From: an uncultured Pseudomonadota bacterium
Lineage (GTDB): Bacteria; Pseudomonadota; Alphaproteobacteria; RF32; CAG-239
Length of the DNA: 64,000 nt
Assembly: GCA_949298065.1 (NCBI GenBank)
Contig: CASFUZ010000001.1
Span: forward strand, 101,473-165,472
Direction of reading: 5' to 3'
Part shown: in pieces, positions 31,042 through 41,414 of the stretch
Numbering within the stretch: the stretch's first letter is position 1
Layout: each line of letters begins with the position of its first letter
Notes under the pieces: generated by a model
Seen by the model: the letters and a program-made list of their open reading frames with translations, nothing else
Databases searched by the model: none
What the model was told of the DNA's origin: nothing
Translations under genes and position numbers: made by a program

Positions 31042-32202
31042 CTATTTAATCGCTTCGTTAATAATCAAACGAGCATCTTCTTCATTAAGCGCAACAGGGT
31101 CAAGTTCATACAAAGAGCCCATAGCCTCAAAAGAATTTTTAGCCAGTTTCAGGTCATCTTCTTTTTTCAAGCCCCATTCCGAAAGTTTAAGATTATCCAT
31201 TCCGATATTTTTAATCAGCTTTTTCAAAGCCTCAATAAAGGCTTCCGGAGACTTAACATTTTCTTCCCCCATAGCTTTAGCCATATCCATATAGCGTTCA
31301 GCCACAACTTGTCCGCCTTTTTTCAGCATATATGAGAAATACGGCACGGACAAAGCAATCAAACCCGCGCCATGCGGCAACGCCGGATAATAAGCAGACA
31401 AAGCATGCTCCATAGAATGCTCTGAAATACAGCAAGACGTGCTCTCAACCATACCTGCCTGTGTGCTTGCCCAAGCCAACTCTTCGCGCGCCTGCATATC
31501 GCTGCCGTCTTTAACGGCTTTAGGCAAATATTTGGTAATACGGCGAATAGAATCTAAGGCAAAAGCATCGCTCGCCGGCTGAGCAACTTTAGCCAAATAC
31601 CCCTCGGCTGAATGAAAGAAAGCATCCATTCCTTGATAAGCTGTCAAAGCAGATGGTACTGAAAGCATCAATTCCGCATCTACAATAGACAATACGGGGA
31701 ACAATTCGGGAATACCATAACCGATTTTTTCATTGGTTTCGGTGTTGGTAATAACCGTCCACGGGTCAGACTCTGTTCCCGTACCGGCTGTTGTCGGAAT
31801 GGCAATAACCGGCAAAACCTTTTTTTCCGGCTTTCTGCCTTTCACATATTCCCAATAATTTCCGTCATTATGTACCATCAAGGCAATAGACTTTGCTGAA
31901 TCAATGGCACTGCCGCCGCCCAAACCGATAACCATATCACAGCCTTCATTTTTAGCGAGCTCTGCGGCTTCCATAACATGAGCCAAAGTCGGGTTCGGCA
32001 AAATCTTGTCAAACAAAACAGATGTAGCACCGTTTTGCGCCAAATATTTTTCCACGCGTTCCAAATAACCGAATTTTTTCATTGATTTTCCGTTCGTAAT
32101 CACAATCAATGCTTTCTTTCCCGGCAAATTTTCTGTTGCCAATTCTTCCAATCTTCCCTTACCAAAAATAATTTTTGTCGGAATATAGTAATCAAAACGC
32201 AT
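31042..32202 (-). CDS. Iron-containing alcohol dehydrogenase
   Basis: GLGGGSAID, PTTAGTGTE, DAFFH, HSMEH and PHG metal ligands; start ATG 32202 after GAGGAG. Confidence 0.93.
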   Translation of the reverse strand: MRFDYYIPTKIIFGKGRLEELATENLPGKKALIVITNGKSMKKFGYLERVEKYLAQNGATSVLFDKILPNPTLAHVMEAAELAKNEGCDMVIGLGGGSAIDSAKSIALMVHNDGNYWEYVKGRKPEKKVLPVIAIPTTAGTGTESDPWTVITNTETNEKIGYGIPELFPVLSIVDAELMLSVPSALTAYQGMDAFFHSAEGYLAKVAQPASDAFALDSIRRITKYLPKAVKDGSDMQAREELAWASTQAGMVESTSCCISEHSMEHALSAYYPALPHGAGLIALSVPYFSYMLKKGGQVVAERYMDMAKAMGEENVKSPEAFIEALKKLIKNIGMDNLKLSEWGLKKEDDLKLAKNSFEAMGSLYELDPVALNEEDARLIINEAIK

Positions 32203-32230
32203 TTCAATTCTCCTCAACAATTATGTTTAA

Positions 32231-33088
32231 TTATTTACCTTGACGCAAAAACTCTGGCAGTTCCGGCAAATTAGATGCTCCGGCAGCCCTAGTATGACCG
32301 CCGCCGCCCATACTAGCCGCCAGCTTTGAAACATCAATTCCGTCCTTATAAGTGTAAAAAGACAAATTCCACTTATTATTTTTGTTCATAAAGAAATTAA
32401 TCCGCACATCATAATCCAACACATTTTCAATAGAATCAAAGAAGTCGGAATATCCCTGCGGCATATTGGCACAAATACATTTCAGCCCGTTAACCTCACT
32501 TTCAAAAGCCATACTTCTGACCAAACGATAATTGCGCATCTTAATCCAAGACAAAATCGCATCACCTTTTTCCACAATAGAAGCAATATCAAGCTCATCA
32601 TTGAACAACTTAACCCAAATCTCATCATCGGGTTTGTTTGTTCCCAAAGATTGAAAAGCAAACTCAAACGGCCGCACTCTTGGGTCTCTTAAATCAAATA
32701 CATCATTCAAACCTAAGAGTTTAACCCCTTCCGGTAACTCTTTATCAGGATAAAAATATTCCCAACAAAGAACCATAGCCGCCGTCCCTGAACGCCTTAT
32801 TCCTTTAATCGCCTCATACTCGCCGGTCTGCATCTTCTGCTCATATTCCTCAATCACCGAAGCATGATGATCAATCCACGTAATATCTTTGGTCTTGTTC
32901 AGCTCAAACATATAATCAACCGGCAGAGCATAATCACAAATAACAATCTTGTCGTGCTTTTCAATCTCTTCATACGGAATTTTCATATCATGGTTAATTC
33001 CCAAAAACTCCGTTTCGGGATAAACGCTGCGTACAATGGCTGCGGAACCTTTTCCGTCATGGTCTGCCAAATGATAAATACATAACAT
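32231..33088 (-). CDS. DHH/DHHA1 phosphoesterase
   Basis: DHDG, WIDHH and GGGGHTRAAG motifs. Confidence 0.88.
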   Translation of the reverse strand: MLCIYHLADHDGKGSAAIVRSVYPETEFLGINHDMKIPYEEIEKHDKIVICDYALPVDYMFELNKTKDITWIDHHASVIEEYEQKMQTGEYEAIKGIRRSGTAAMVLCWEYFYPDKELPEGVKLLGLNDVFDLRDPRVRPFEFAFQSLGTNKPDDEIWVKLFNDELDIASIVEKGDAILSWIKMRNYRLVRSMAFESEVNGLKCICANMPQGYSDFFDSIENVLDYDVRINFFMNKNNKWNLSFYTYKDGIDVSKLAASMGGGGHTRAAGASNLPELPEFLRQGK

Positions 33089-33111
33089 ATTATTCTTTCC
33101 CTTCACTCAAA

Positions 33112-33900
33112 CTAAAACTCAACCACCAAATTATCATAAGCCGGCCGCACAAAATTAGGTGTCATCTCATTAATTTTGTCATAATCGCATTCATTTGCCA
33201 TATGATTAATAACCACCTTTTCCGGCTGAATTTTCTCAATTACGGACATAACCTCCTCAAGGCTTGCGTGTTGAACGGCACCTTCGGGCAAAGTCAGCGG
33301 AATTACCATAAGTTTTGGCTTTTTCTTAATCATCTTATATGCGCTTGAGGCCAAAACCTTAAAATCGGCAATATGCACATATTCACCGTCATCAAACACA
33401 TAACCATAACATTCCGTACAATGATTCAAGAGCTTAATCGGCACAATTCGCACACCGTTAACATAGAAAGGTTTATTGGCTTTCACGGCATTCATCACCA
33501 AACTTGGTCTTCTGATAACATTATTGGCTGATTTTTTGGAAGCAATCAAATAGTCAAACCGATGTTCAATCTTCTTGATGGTATATTTTCCGGCATAAAT
33601 ATCCAAACTCTGGTGATTAATACGGTTAATCTCGCGCAAATCATCAATACCGTGCAAATGGTCAGCGTGTGAATGCGAATATAACACGGCATCCACATTT
33701 CTGATATTTTGGGCAATAAGCTGCGCACGCATATCCGGCCCCGTATCAATCAAAAACTTCACACCCTTATATTCCAAATAAGTTGCAGCACGCGTGCGTG
33801 TATTTTTCGGATTTTCAGGATTACAACGTCCATAGCCTGTTCCCAAGGATGGCACGCCGGGAGCTGCGCCCGCCCCCAAAATAATCAGCTTATTTTCCAT
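33112..33900 (-). CDS. MBL-fold hydrolase (PhnP/YycJ-like)
   Basis: IDTGPD and HSHADHLHGIDDLR; conserved position after tatD. Confidence 0.9.
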   Translation of the reverse strand: MENKLIILGAGAAPGVPSLGTGYGRCNPENPKNTRTRAATYLEYKGVKFLIDTGPDMRAQLIAQNIRNVDAVLYSHSHADHLHGIDDLREINRINHQSLDIYAGKYTIKKIEHRFDYLIASKKSANNVIRRPSLVMNAVKANKPFYVNGVRIVPIKLLNHCTECYGYVFDDGEYVHIADFKVLASSAYKMIKKKPKLMVIPLTLPEGAVQHASLEEVMSVIEKIQPEKVVINHMANECDYDKINEMTPNFVRPAYDNLVVEF

Positions 33901-34694
33901 TAAAACTCATACCTCCCCTTATCGCTGGCTTTCCGAAACAGCGAATAAAAATTATCAGAGGTAACTTGCGCCATTTTCTCAAACGGCACGCCTTTGATTT
34001 GTGCTAACTTTTCTAATGTATGCACCACAAAAGAGGATTCATTTCTGCGCCCGCGCATCGGCACCGGAGCCAAAAACGGCGCATCAGTCTCAACCAGCAA
34101 CCTATCCATCGGAACTTCCGCAAAAATATCTCTCAATTCGGCAGATTTGTTGAATGTAATAATTCCTGAAGCCGAAATATAAAACCCGATGGACAAGGCA
34201 AAATCAGCCAATTTTTTGGAAGATGAAAAACAGTGGATTTCACCGCTGAAAGCACCTTTTTTATATTCTTTCTTCAAAATCTCTATTGTATCATCATCGG
34301 CATCACGGGTGTGAATAATCAATGGCAAACCTGTTTCTCTGGCTGCCTTGATTTGTTCAACAAAAACTTTAACTTGTACGTCTTTCGGACTGTAATCGTA
34401 GTAATAATCCAGTCCGCACTCGCCGATTGCCACAACCTTCTTATGTCCGGCCTTGGCTATAAAATCTTCGGCCTTAATATTCTCATACTCAGCGGCATTA
34501 TGCGGATGCACACCGACTGCCGTATATATAAACGGATATTTTTCCGAAATCTCCAGTTGCTTGTCCAACTCGTCTATATTGTTACCTGCATTAAGCATGG
34601 CCGTAACGCCTTTTTCACGCGCTCTGACCAGCATATCTTCAAAATCTTCTTCAAAATCGTTAAAATCTAAATGACAATGACTGTCTACTAACAT
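33900..34694 (-). CDS. tatD: TatD-family DNase
   Basis: DSHCHLD, GVHPH, GECGLD, IHTR, HCFS and ETDAPFL. Confidence 0.94.
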   Translation of the reverse strand: MLVDSHCHLDFNDFEEDFEDMLVRAREKGVTAMLNAGNNIDELDKQLEISEKYPFIYTAVGVHPHNAAEYENIKAEDFIAKAGHKKVVAIGECGLDYYYDYSPKDVQVKVFVEQIKAARETGLPLIIHTRDADDDTIEILKKEYKKGAFSGEIHCFSSSKKLADFALSIGFYISASGIITFNKSAELRDIFAEVPMDRLLVETDAPFLAPVPMRGRRNESSFVVHTLEKLAQIKGVPFEKMAQVTSDNFYSLFRKASDKGRYEF

Positions 34695-34706
34695 CTTACC
34701 TTCCGT

Positions 34707-35774
34707 TTATATTACTTTACAAATTCCGCTGATAATATTGATAAGCGCCTGTTTTTTATCCAGATTAAGCCGCTCCGTTTCATCAAAAATCTTCACGGCT
34801 TTTTCCCACATTTCAGCCAGTTCTTCAATATTATCACAACCCTTCACATTTTCTGCCACAAATTTCAAGACAAGTTCACGTGCAAGGTCATAACCATCTT
34901 CATCAGCCACGGCCGCATCACAAAAAGCCAATAAATCCGAGAGCTTATACTTGTTTTTGGCATAAATAATTTTGCACAAATCATCATAACTCGTCAACGC
35001 CGCATTATCGGCATACAAAATCGCTTTGCCAATACTCCCCGAACTCAGCTCTGCCAAGCCTTTAACAGCTTTTTCAGACAACTCCGGACGATAACGTCTG
35101 AGCAAACTTGCCACTTCGTTAACCTCTAAGGGTTTAAGATTCATTTTGGCACAACGAGACTTTATGGTTGGCAACAACTTGTTCGGATTGTGGCTAATCA
35201 GCATAATCACGGTCTTTGCCGGCGGTTCTTCCAAGATTTTTAAGATAGCATTGGCTCCGGCATTGTTCAAGTCATCAACACTATCCACGATAACCACGCG
35301 CCACCCGTCATTAGAAGACTTTTTAGCCAAAAACCCGTTAATCGTACGTACATCATCAATCTTGATAATGGCGGATTTTTTCAGCCCGCGCAATTCTTCA
35401 TCAGATAATTGCTCACCGTCCTTAATCGCTTTGAGCACTTTCTTTTTGTCCGCATCCACATAATCGCGCTCAATCACTTTAAGGTCCGGATGCGACCCGT
35501 TTGCCACCAATTTATAAGCTGAAGAATCTACACTGACATCTAATGATGTATATTTTTCGCGCTGTTTGTCATCTGCCGCCAACAAAAAACGCGCAAACCG
35601 AAAAGCCAAAGTTGCCTTTCCGATACCTTCAATTCCGCACAAAAGCCACGAATTATGCAGTGTTCTGTTTTTCCAAGCATTCAGCAAAATCTGCTCTTCT
35701 TCCCCATGTCCGAGAAGAAAACTATTACACCTTGGCTCAATCACGCTACTTTGTTGTTGTTCGTCTGCAGGCAT
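34707..35774 (-). CDS. holB: DNA polymerase III delta' subunit
   Basis: GIGKATLA, HPDL, ANAILKILEEPP and PTIKSRC; follows tmk. Confidence 0.93.
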   Translation of the reverse strand: MPADEQQQSSVIEPRCNSFLLGHGEEEQILLNAWKNRTLHNSWLLCGIEGIGKATLAFRFARFLLAADDKQREKYTSLDVSVDSSAYKLVANGSHPDLKVIERDYVDADKKKVLKAIKDGEQLSDEELRGLKKSAIIKIDDVRTINGFLAKKSSNDGWRVVIVDSVDDLNNAGANAILKILEEPPAKTVIMLISHNPNKLLPTIKSRCAKMNLKPLEVNEVASLLRRYRPELSEKAVKGLAELSSGSIGKAILYADNAALTSYDDLCKIIYAKNKYKLSDLLAFCDAAVADEDGYDLARELVLKFVAENVKGCDNIEELAEMWEKAVKIFDETERLNLDKKQALINIISGICKVI

Positions 35775-36427
35775 CAGCTCAAACCAAACCTCTCAGAGAT
35801 AATCTTAACCACCTCTTTGTGCTGTTCTTCAATACTTTTGCTGGCATCAATCACCACACAACGCTCTGGCTCTTTTTTGGCGATTTCTAAAAAGCCTTGG
35901 CGCAAACGCTTATGAAATTCCAAGCCCCTGCTCTCATGCCTTGTTTCTTTAACAGCCATACCTTCGGCTTTTTTGAACGAACGCGCCAGACCAATTTCAG
36001 GGTCCAAATCAAAGATTAAAGTCAAGTCCGGCTTAAAATCACCAACGGCAATCTTGTACAAATCCGCCAAAGTCTCATAAGGAACCTTTTTATCATAGCC
36101 ATAATATTGATAAGCCACGGTAGAATCAGCAAATCTGTCGCTCAAGACCCAAGCACCTTGTTCAAGCAAAGGCCAAACTTTTGAAGCCAGATGGACTCTT
36201 CTGTCGGCATAATAAAGCAAACATTCAGCCACGGCATCAAACTTGTCTTTATCTCCCGTAACCAGCAATTGGCGCAACTCTTGCCCAACTTCTGTTCCGC
36301 CGGGTTCTTTGGTCATTGTGTTTGCCACACCTTTTTGGCTCAAATACTCCGACAAAAGACGGAGCTGGGTAGATTTCCCCGTTCCGTCTCCGCCTTCAAA
36401 GGTAATAAAATATCCTTTGTTTTGCAT
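35774..36427 (-). CDS. tmk: Thymidylate kinase
   Basis: FITFEGGDGTGKST, EPGG and DRFADSTVAYQ. Confidence 0.96.
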   Translation of the reverse strand: MQNKGYFITFEGGDGTGKSTQLRLLSEYLSQKGVANTMTKEPGGTEVGQELRQLLVTGDKDKFDAVAECLLYYADRRVHLASKVWPLLEQGAWVLSDRFADSTVAYQYYGYDKKVPYETLADLYKIAVGDFKPDLTLIFDLDPEIGLARSFKKAEGMAVKETRHESRGLEFHKRLRQGFLEIAKKEPERCVVIDASKSIEEQHKEVVKIISERFGLS

Positions 36428-37582
36428 TTACTCAGCCCCAAACAATAAATACTTAAGGTTCTGAATAACACGTCCGAAAAAGCCGAGCTTTTCCACACTA
36501 TTTTCGGCAACCAAAGGTACAATTTCCATCTCTTGTTCGTCCAAAGAAATTTTAACCTCGCCAAGCTTATCTCCTTTGGCAACGGGAGCCACAATCGGCT
36601 TACTGTAAACTGCCGTCATTTTTACCTTAGCAGCCTGATTTTTCTTCAAAGTGCGCTTAATTGTTTCCGGCACAATCAAATTAACTTCTTTCTGTTGACC
36701 AAAAGAAACCGGAACTTCAGCCACAACCTGATTTTGACTTAACAAATCATAGTTGTTAAACTCACGGAATCCCCATTCCATAAGGCGTTCAGCCTCTTCC
36801 GAACGCTCTTTGTTAGAGCTCAAGCCGGTCATAACCTCAATCAAACGTCTATCACCTTTTTTAGCCGATGCCGCCAAGCAGAAACCGGCTTCTTCCGTAT
36901 GCCCCGTTTTCAAACCATCGGCATTAGACATAGAATAAAGCAACGGATTGCGGTTGCCTTGCGTAATATTATTATGTGTATAATATTTTTCCGAAAAGAT
37001 ATGATAAAATTCCGGAAATTCTTTAATGATATGCTGAGATAACTTGGCCAAATCCTCAACCGACATTTTTTGGTCCGGATGAGGTAATCCCGTAGAGTTT
37101 GCAAAAGAACTATTGTTTAAACCAAGCTCTCTGGCTCTCTTATTCATCATTTCGGCAAAATCATCTTCCGAACCGGCCAAATTTTCGGCAGCAACAATGC
37201 AAGCATCATTACCTGACTGTATCAAAATCCCCTTTAATATCTCTTCAACACGAACTTTTTCACCGATTTTTAAAAACATCGTAGAACCGCCGCTTGCAGC
37301 ACCACCAAGTTTCCAAGCTCTTTCACTGACCGTAAAAGTATCATCTAAAGATAAAGAACCGTCTTTCAACTTTTCAAAAATCATATTAACGGTCATCAAC
37401 TTACTCATAGATGCCGGCGCAACCATTTTTTCATGGTCTTTCACATACAAATATTGTCCGGTATCATAATCCATCAAAATAGCATTGCGCGCTTTGGTCT
37501 CAATCGCCCAAGCATTTCCGATACCAAGCAATATAACACCTGTTGTCAAAACCGATGCATATAATTTTTTTCTGCCAAACAT
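36428..37582 (-). CDS. dacA: D-alanyl-D-alanine carboxypeptidase (PBP5/6)
   Basis: SxxK (SMSK), SGN and KTG motifs; start set to ATG 37582. Confidence 0.92.
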   Translation of the reverse strand: MFGRKKLYASVLTTGVILLGIGNAWAIETKARNAILMDYDTGQYLYVKDHEKMVAPASMSKLMTVNMIFEKLKDGSLSLDDTFTVSERAWKLGGAASGGSTMFLKIGEKVRVEEILKGILIQSGNDACIVAAENLAGSEDDFAEMMNKRARELGLNNSSFANSTGLPHPDQKMSVEDLAKLSQHIIKEFPEFYHIFSEKYYTHNNITQGNRNPLLYSMSNADGLKTGHTEEAGFCLAASAKKGDRRLIEVMTGLSSNKERSEEAERLMEWGFREFNNYDLLSQNQVVAEVPVSFGQQKEVNLIVPETIKRTLKKNQAAKVKMTAVYSKPIVAPVAKGDKLGEVKISLDEQEMEIVPLVAENSVEKLGFFGRVIQNLKYLLFGAE

Positions 37583-37606
37583 TTTACTATCCTTTACTCC
37601 CAAACT

Positions 37607-38467
37607 TTAATCCTGAACAACTTTTGCATTATAAATACCAAAATTCTTAACTTTGGCTAATGTAACTTCAGCTTCTTCGGCATAGCTGAACGGGCCGATA
37701 CGAACACGATAAAATCTATTTCCGTCAACATCCGCTTTTGCCACGTTAGCATTTCCGAACTTGCTTAATTTTGAGCTCAACTCTTCAGCCGCATCATGCT
37801 TCACAAAAGAACCCGCTTGCACAAAATAGTTCTTTTCTGCAGCCACACCGCCGGCCGCATTATACGGGTTATCCAAGCGCAAGGGCTCAAACTCCGAAAA
37901 CTCCATTTTTTTAATCGGCGTTGTCTTTTTAGCCGCAACCTTAACCGGCTCAACCTTTTCTCCGGTCAATGCAGCTTTAAGCTCTTTGCTTTCCTTCTCC
38001 AGCAGTTCCACTCTGACCTTGGCTGTTCCCTTGGTTTGGAATCCGAGCAACTGAGCGCCTCTTTTGGAAATATCTATAATACGATTTTTGGCATAAGGGC
38101 CGCGGTCATTCACGCGCAGCACAAGCGAGCGCCCGTTTTCAAGGTTCGTAACTTTTACAATAGACGGCAAAGGAAGCGTCCTGTGCGCTGCCGTTAATGT
38201 GTTCATATCATAAATTTCGCCGTTAGCGGTTTTTTTATTATGAAAATCAGAGCCATACCAAGAGGCTATACCTACTTCGGAATAATCATAATCTTCAGCC
38301 GGATAATAAGTTTTTCCCATAATTTTATAGGGGTTTCCCACCTTATAAGTTCCACCCGTACCGCTGATTGCCGCTGCCTGAGAATAACCATCCGGTCCTG
38401 ATGTAGAAGCACATCCGGACAACAGAGCCAACATTCCCAAAACAGCTATATTACTTCTTAACTTCAT
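37607..38467 (-). CDS. rlpA: Septal ring lytic transglycosylase RlpA (SPOR domain)
   Basis: Lipobox LSGC, ASWYG, TAAHRTLP, VNDRGP, C-terminal SPOR (VQAGSF...YRVRIGP). Confidence 0.94.
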   Translation of the reverse strand: MKLRSNIAVLGMLALLSGCASTSGPDGYSQAAAISGTGGTYKVGNPYKIMGKTYYPAEDYDYSEVGIASWYGSDFHNKKTANGEIYDMNTLTAAHRTLPLPSIVKVTNLENGRSLVLRVNDRGPYAKNRIIDISKRGAQLLGFQTKGTAKVRVELLEKESKELKAALTGEKVEPVKVAAKKTTPIKKMEFSEFEPLRLDNPYNAAGGVAAEKNYFVQAGSFVKHDAAEELSSKLSKFGNANVAKADVDGNRFYRVRIGPFSYAEEAEVTLAKVKNFGIYNAKVVQD

Positions 38468-38538
38468 AAAATTCCCTAAAATTCAAAATCATTCGCTATA
38501 ATTTACCCTTTTTTTTTCGTTCCGTAAAGCACGATATT

Positions 38539-39816
38539 TCACTTGTGTAATTTTCTTTCCGGCACAGGCACCGCGAAGCCGATTGTAGGATTATAACGGT
38601 TAATTTTTTGCAAAAGCTGATAATCGGGATACCCATCTTGCGGCATATTTGCCTTTTTCTGCACTTTTTTAATCGCATTTCGGGTCTTCGTACCAAGCAT
38701 TCCGTCTTCATCCAGCTTAAACCAACCGAGTTTATTAATAAAGGACTGGATTTTCAAAACATCATCCGTTTTAACCCGCACGGCCGGATTCATTACGACC
38801 GGCTTCCATTTTGCATCAGACTTAATATAATCCGCCAACATTCCAATCGCTAAAGCATAATTTTCGGAGCGATTCCAATTCATAATTTTTCTGAAATTTT
38901 CTCTGATTAAATAAGCAACCCCCTTACGCCCTTCCGGCAAAATAATGGAGACCACCTCATCATCAGGCAAATCAAGACTTTGGTTATTTTTGGTTTTAAC
39001 GCCGATTTTGCGCCATTGTTTGACCGTTTTCTTTACATCTCTGCCACTTAAGGCATAATCAAAATTCCACGGTAAGCTAACTTCTTCTCCCCAATCTTGT
39101 CCGGCTTGCCACCCCATAGACGACAAATAGTTTGCCGCCGAAGCAATCGCATCTTCAAAGGAGTGCCAAATATCAATTTTGCCATCACCGTTATAATCCA
39201 CGGCATAAGCATTAAAAGTTGATGGCATAAACTGAAAATGTCCCATAGCCCCAGCCCAAGACCCTTCCATTTGCTTAGGTTCAACTTGCCATTTGTCAAT
39301 AATCGTCAGAGCTTGAAACAACTCCTCTTTAAAAAACTTCGGTCTTCTTTTGTCATAACTAAGCGTTGTTAAGGCATCAATCACCTCATAATTACCGAAA
39401 TTCTGCCCAAAATTCGTTTCCATTCCCCAAAAAGCAATCAGATAACTAACCTGCACGCCATATTTTTTCTCCATATCCTTAAACAAGGGATAAAGTTGTT
39501 TGTATTTTTCACGCGCTTTTGCCACTTTTTTGGCATTAACTACTCGGTTCAGGTATTCGGTTGAGGTTAGAACAAACTCAATTTGCTTGCGGTCAATTTT
39601 AACCACTTCGGGATCTGGGTGATAATAGTCATTTTTGCCATAAGCCAAATCTATCGTTTTTTTGGAGATTCCGCGCTCAATCATCTCTTCTTTTAAGTCA
39701 TTCAGCCATTTTGTATAAACCTCTGGTGTTGCTGTTTTTTCGGCAGCACCGACCAAAGCAGGCACACATAAAGACGTTGCAAGCAGCAAAATTCCGAATT
39801 TTGTTCTCATTTTCAT
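38539..39816 (-). CDS. mltB: Lytic murein transglycosylase (MltB family) with PG-binding domain
   Basis: WGMETNFG, GSWAGAMGHFQFMPS, DGKIDI and WNRS. Confidence 0.92.
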   Translation of the reverse strand: MKMRTKFGILLLATSLCVPALVGAAEKTATPEVYTKWLNDLKEEMIERGISKKTIDLAYGKNDYYHPDPEVVKIDRKQIEFVLTSTEYLNRVVNAKKVAKAREKYKQLYPLFKDMEKKYGVQVSYLIAFWGMETNFGQNFGNYEVIDALTTLSYDKRRPKFFKEELFQALTIIDKWQVEPKQMEGSWAGAMGHFQFMPSTFNAYAVDYNGDGKIDIWHSFEDAIASAANYLSSMGWQAGQDWGEEVSLPWNFDYALSGRDVKKTVKQWRKIGVKTKNNQSLDLPDDEVVSIILPEGRKGVAYLIRENFRKIMNWNRSENYALAIGMLADYIKSDAKWKPVVMNPAVRVKTDDVLKIQSFINKLGWFKLDEDGMLGTKTRNAIKKVQKKANMPQDGYPDYQLLQKINRYNPTIGFAVPVPERKLHK

Positions 39817-39958
39817 CCCGATATATCAATTATTTATAATAATATACAATCACAGGCTTTTAAAAACAGTTAATGTCAGATAAATTTTTATAGATAATTT
39901 GAAACTCATATTTATAATGAGTATATAAAAGCAAAAACATAACAAAAGAGAGGTTATT

Positions 39959-41341
39959 ATGGTTGCAACACGTTCCCGCTTTCAACGCCACTTTTGGCTC
40001 TATCTCATAGCCGCCGTGGCATCTTTGGGCGGTTTATTAGCCGGTTTTGACATGGGCGTTATCTCCGGCGCGCTCTTGTTCATCAACGACACCTGGAACA
40101 TGTCGGACTTCACCAAAGGTTGGGTTGTCAGTTCTGCCATTGTCGGCGCGGTTATCGGCGCGGCAGGTAATGGTTTTCTGGCAGACATTTACGGCCGCAA
40201 AAAAGTAATTATCGCCACGGCGCTTATTTTTGCGGTTGGATCAATTCTTTGCGGCATAGCACCGAGCATTGGCTGGCTGATTGCCGGACGTATGATTTTA
40301 GGACTTGCTGTTGGTATGGTTAACTTTGTCATTCCGCTTTACTTGTCGGAAATCTCGCCGCAAAAAGTCCGCGGAATGCTGGTTTCGCTTTATCAACTGG
40401 CCATCACGGCGGGAATTTTGTTCTCTTACCTCATTAACCGTATTTTTGCTTTAAGTGAAAACAACTGGCGCTGGATGTTGGGTTCAGGACTTTTCCCCGC
40501 CATCATTATGTTGATAGGCATCTGTTTTTTGGGCGACACACCGCGTTGGCTGATTAGCAAAAAACGCGATGATGAAGCCCGCAAAATTTTCAAAGATATT
40601 GACCCTGATTGCGACCCCGAACAACAAATCTGCGAAATCCGCCAAACTATTAAGCGCGCCCAAAAAGATGACGGACACGCCGCTTTCAAGCGTTGGATGC
40701 TTATGCCCGTGTTTGTCGGTGTCGGTATGATGTTTATGCAAATCTGCACCGGTATCAATACCATCATTTACTACACCACCACCATTTTCAAGGTTGCGGG
40801 CTTTTCTTCGGCTATTGGCGCAATTTATGCTACCATAGGCATTGGTTTTGTAAACTTCTTAATGACCTTTGTCGCCATCATCTTTGCTGACCGTATCGGC
40901 CGCAAACCTTTGCTTTATGCCGGCTTAAGCGGTGTAACCGTTAGCTTGTTTGCTTTGGGCGCTTCTTTCTGGTTTGCCGATGCTTTGGGCGATAATCTTA
41001 AATGGATGGCTGTCGGCAGCGTTGTAGTTTATATTGCCTCTTTTGCCTTCTCACTCGGCCCGATTGGTTGGATTGTCGTTTCAGAAATCTTACCGCTCAA
41101 GATCCGCGGCTTGGCTATGAGCATTTGCACGGTTGCCAATATGGCCTTCAACTTCATTGTTGTCTTAACCTTCTTGCCGCTCATCAACAGCATCGGCGAA
41201 GCTTGGACATTCTGGATTTATGGCATTATCGGCATTTTCTGCCTGTTCTTCACTTATTATCTGTTACCCGAAACCAAAGGCCGCTCTTTGGAACAGATAG
41301 AAAAGAATTGGGCGGAAGGCGTCCCTGCCCGTAAGTTCTAA
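39959..41341 (+). CDS. Sugar porter family MFS transporter
   Basis: GFDMGVISGA, DIYGRK, YLSEISP, TPRWL, DRIGRK and PETKGRSLE. Confidence 0.94.
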   Translation: MVATRSRFQRHFWLYLIAAVASLGGLLAGFDMGVISGALLFINDTWNMSDFTKGWVVSSAIVGAVIGAAGNGFLADIYGRKKVIIATALIFAVGSILCGIAPSIGWLIAGRMILGLAVGMVNFVIPLYLSEISPQKVRGMLVSLYQLAITAGILFSYLINRIFALSENNWRWMLGSGLFPAIIMLIGICFLGDTPRWLISKKRDDEARKIFKDIDPDCDPEQQICEIRQTIKRAQKDDGHAAFKRWMLMPVFVGVGMMFMQICTGINTIIYYTTTIFKVAGFSSAIGAIYATIGIGFVNFLMTFVAIIFADRIGRKPLLYAGLSGVTVSLFALGASFWFADALGDNLKWMAVGSVVVYIASFAFSLGPIGWIVVSEILPLKIRGLAMSICTVANMAFNFIVVLTFLPLINSIGEAWTFWIYGIIGIFCLFFTYYLLPETKGRSLEQIEKNWAEGVPARKF

Positions 41342-41355
41342 AACAAGGCTTAAAC

Positions 41356-41397
41356 AAAAAAAGACGTGTTCTCTTCTGAGAATACGTCTTTTTTTTT
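41356..41397. terminator. Bidirectional terminator
   Basis: AAAAAAAGACGTGTTCTC...GAGAATACGTCTTTTTTT between convergent genes. Confidence 0.85.
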
Positions 41398-41414
41398 GCT
41401 TGGTTTTTCAAATA

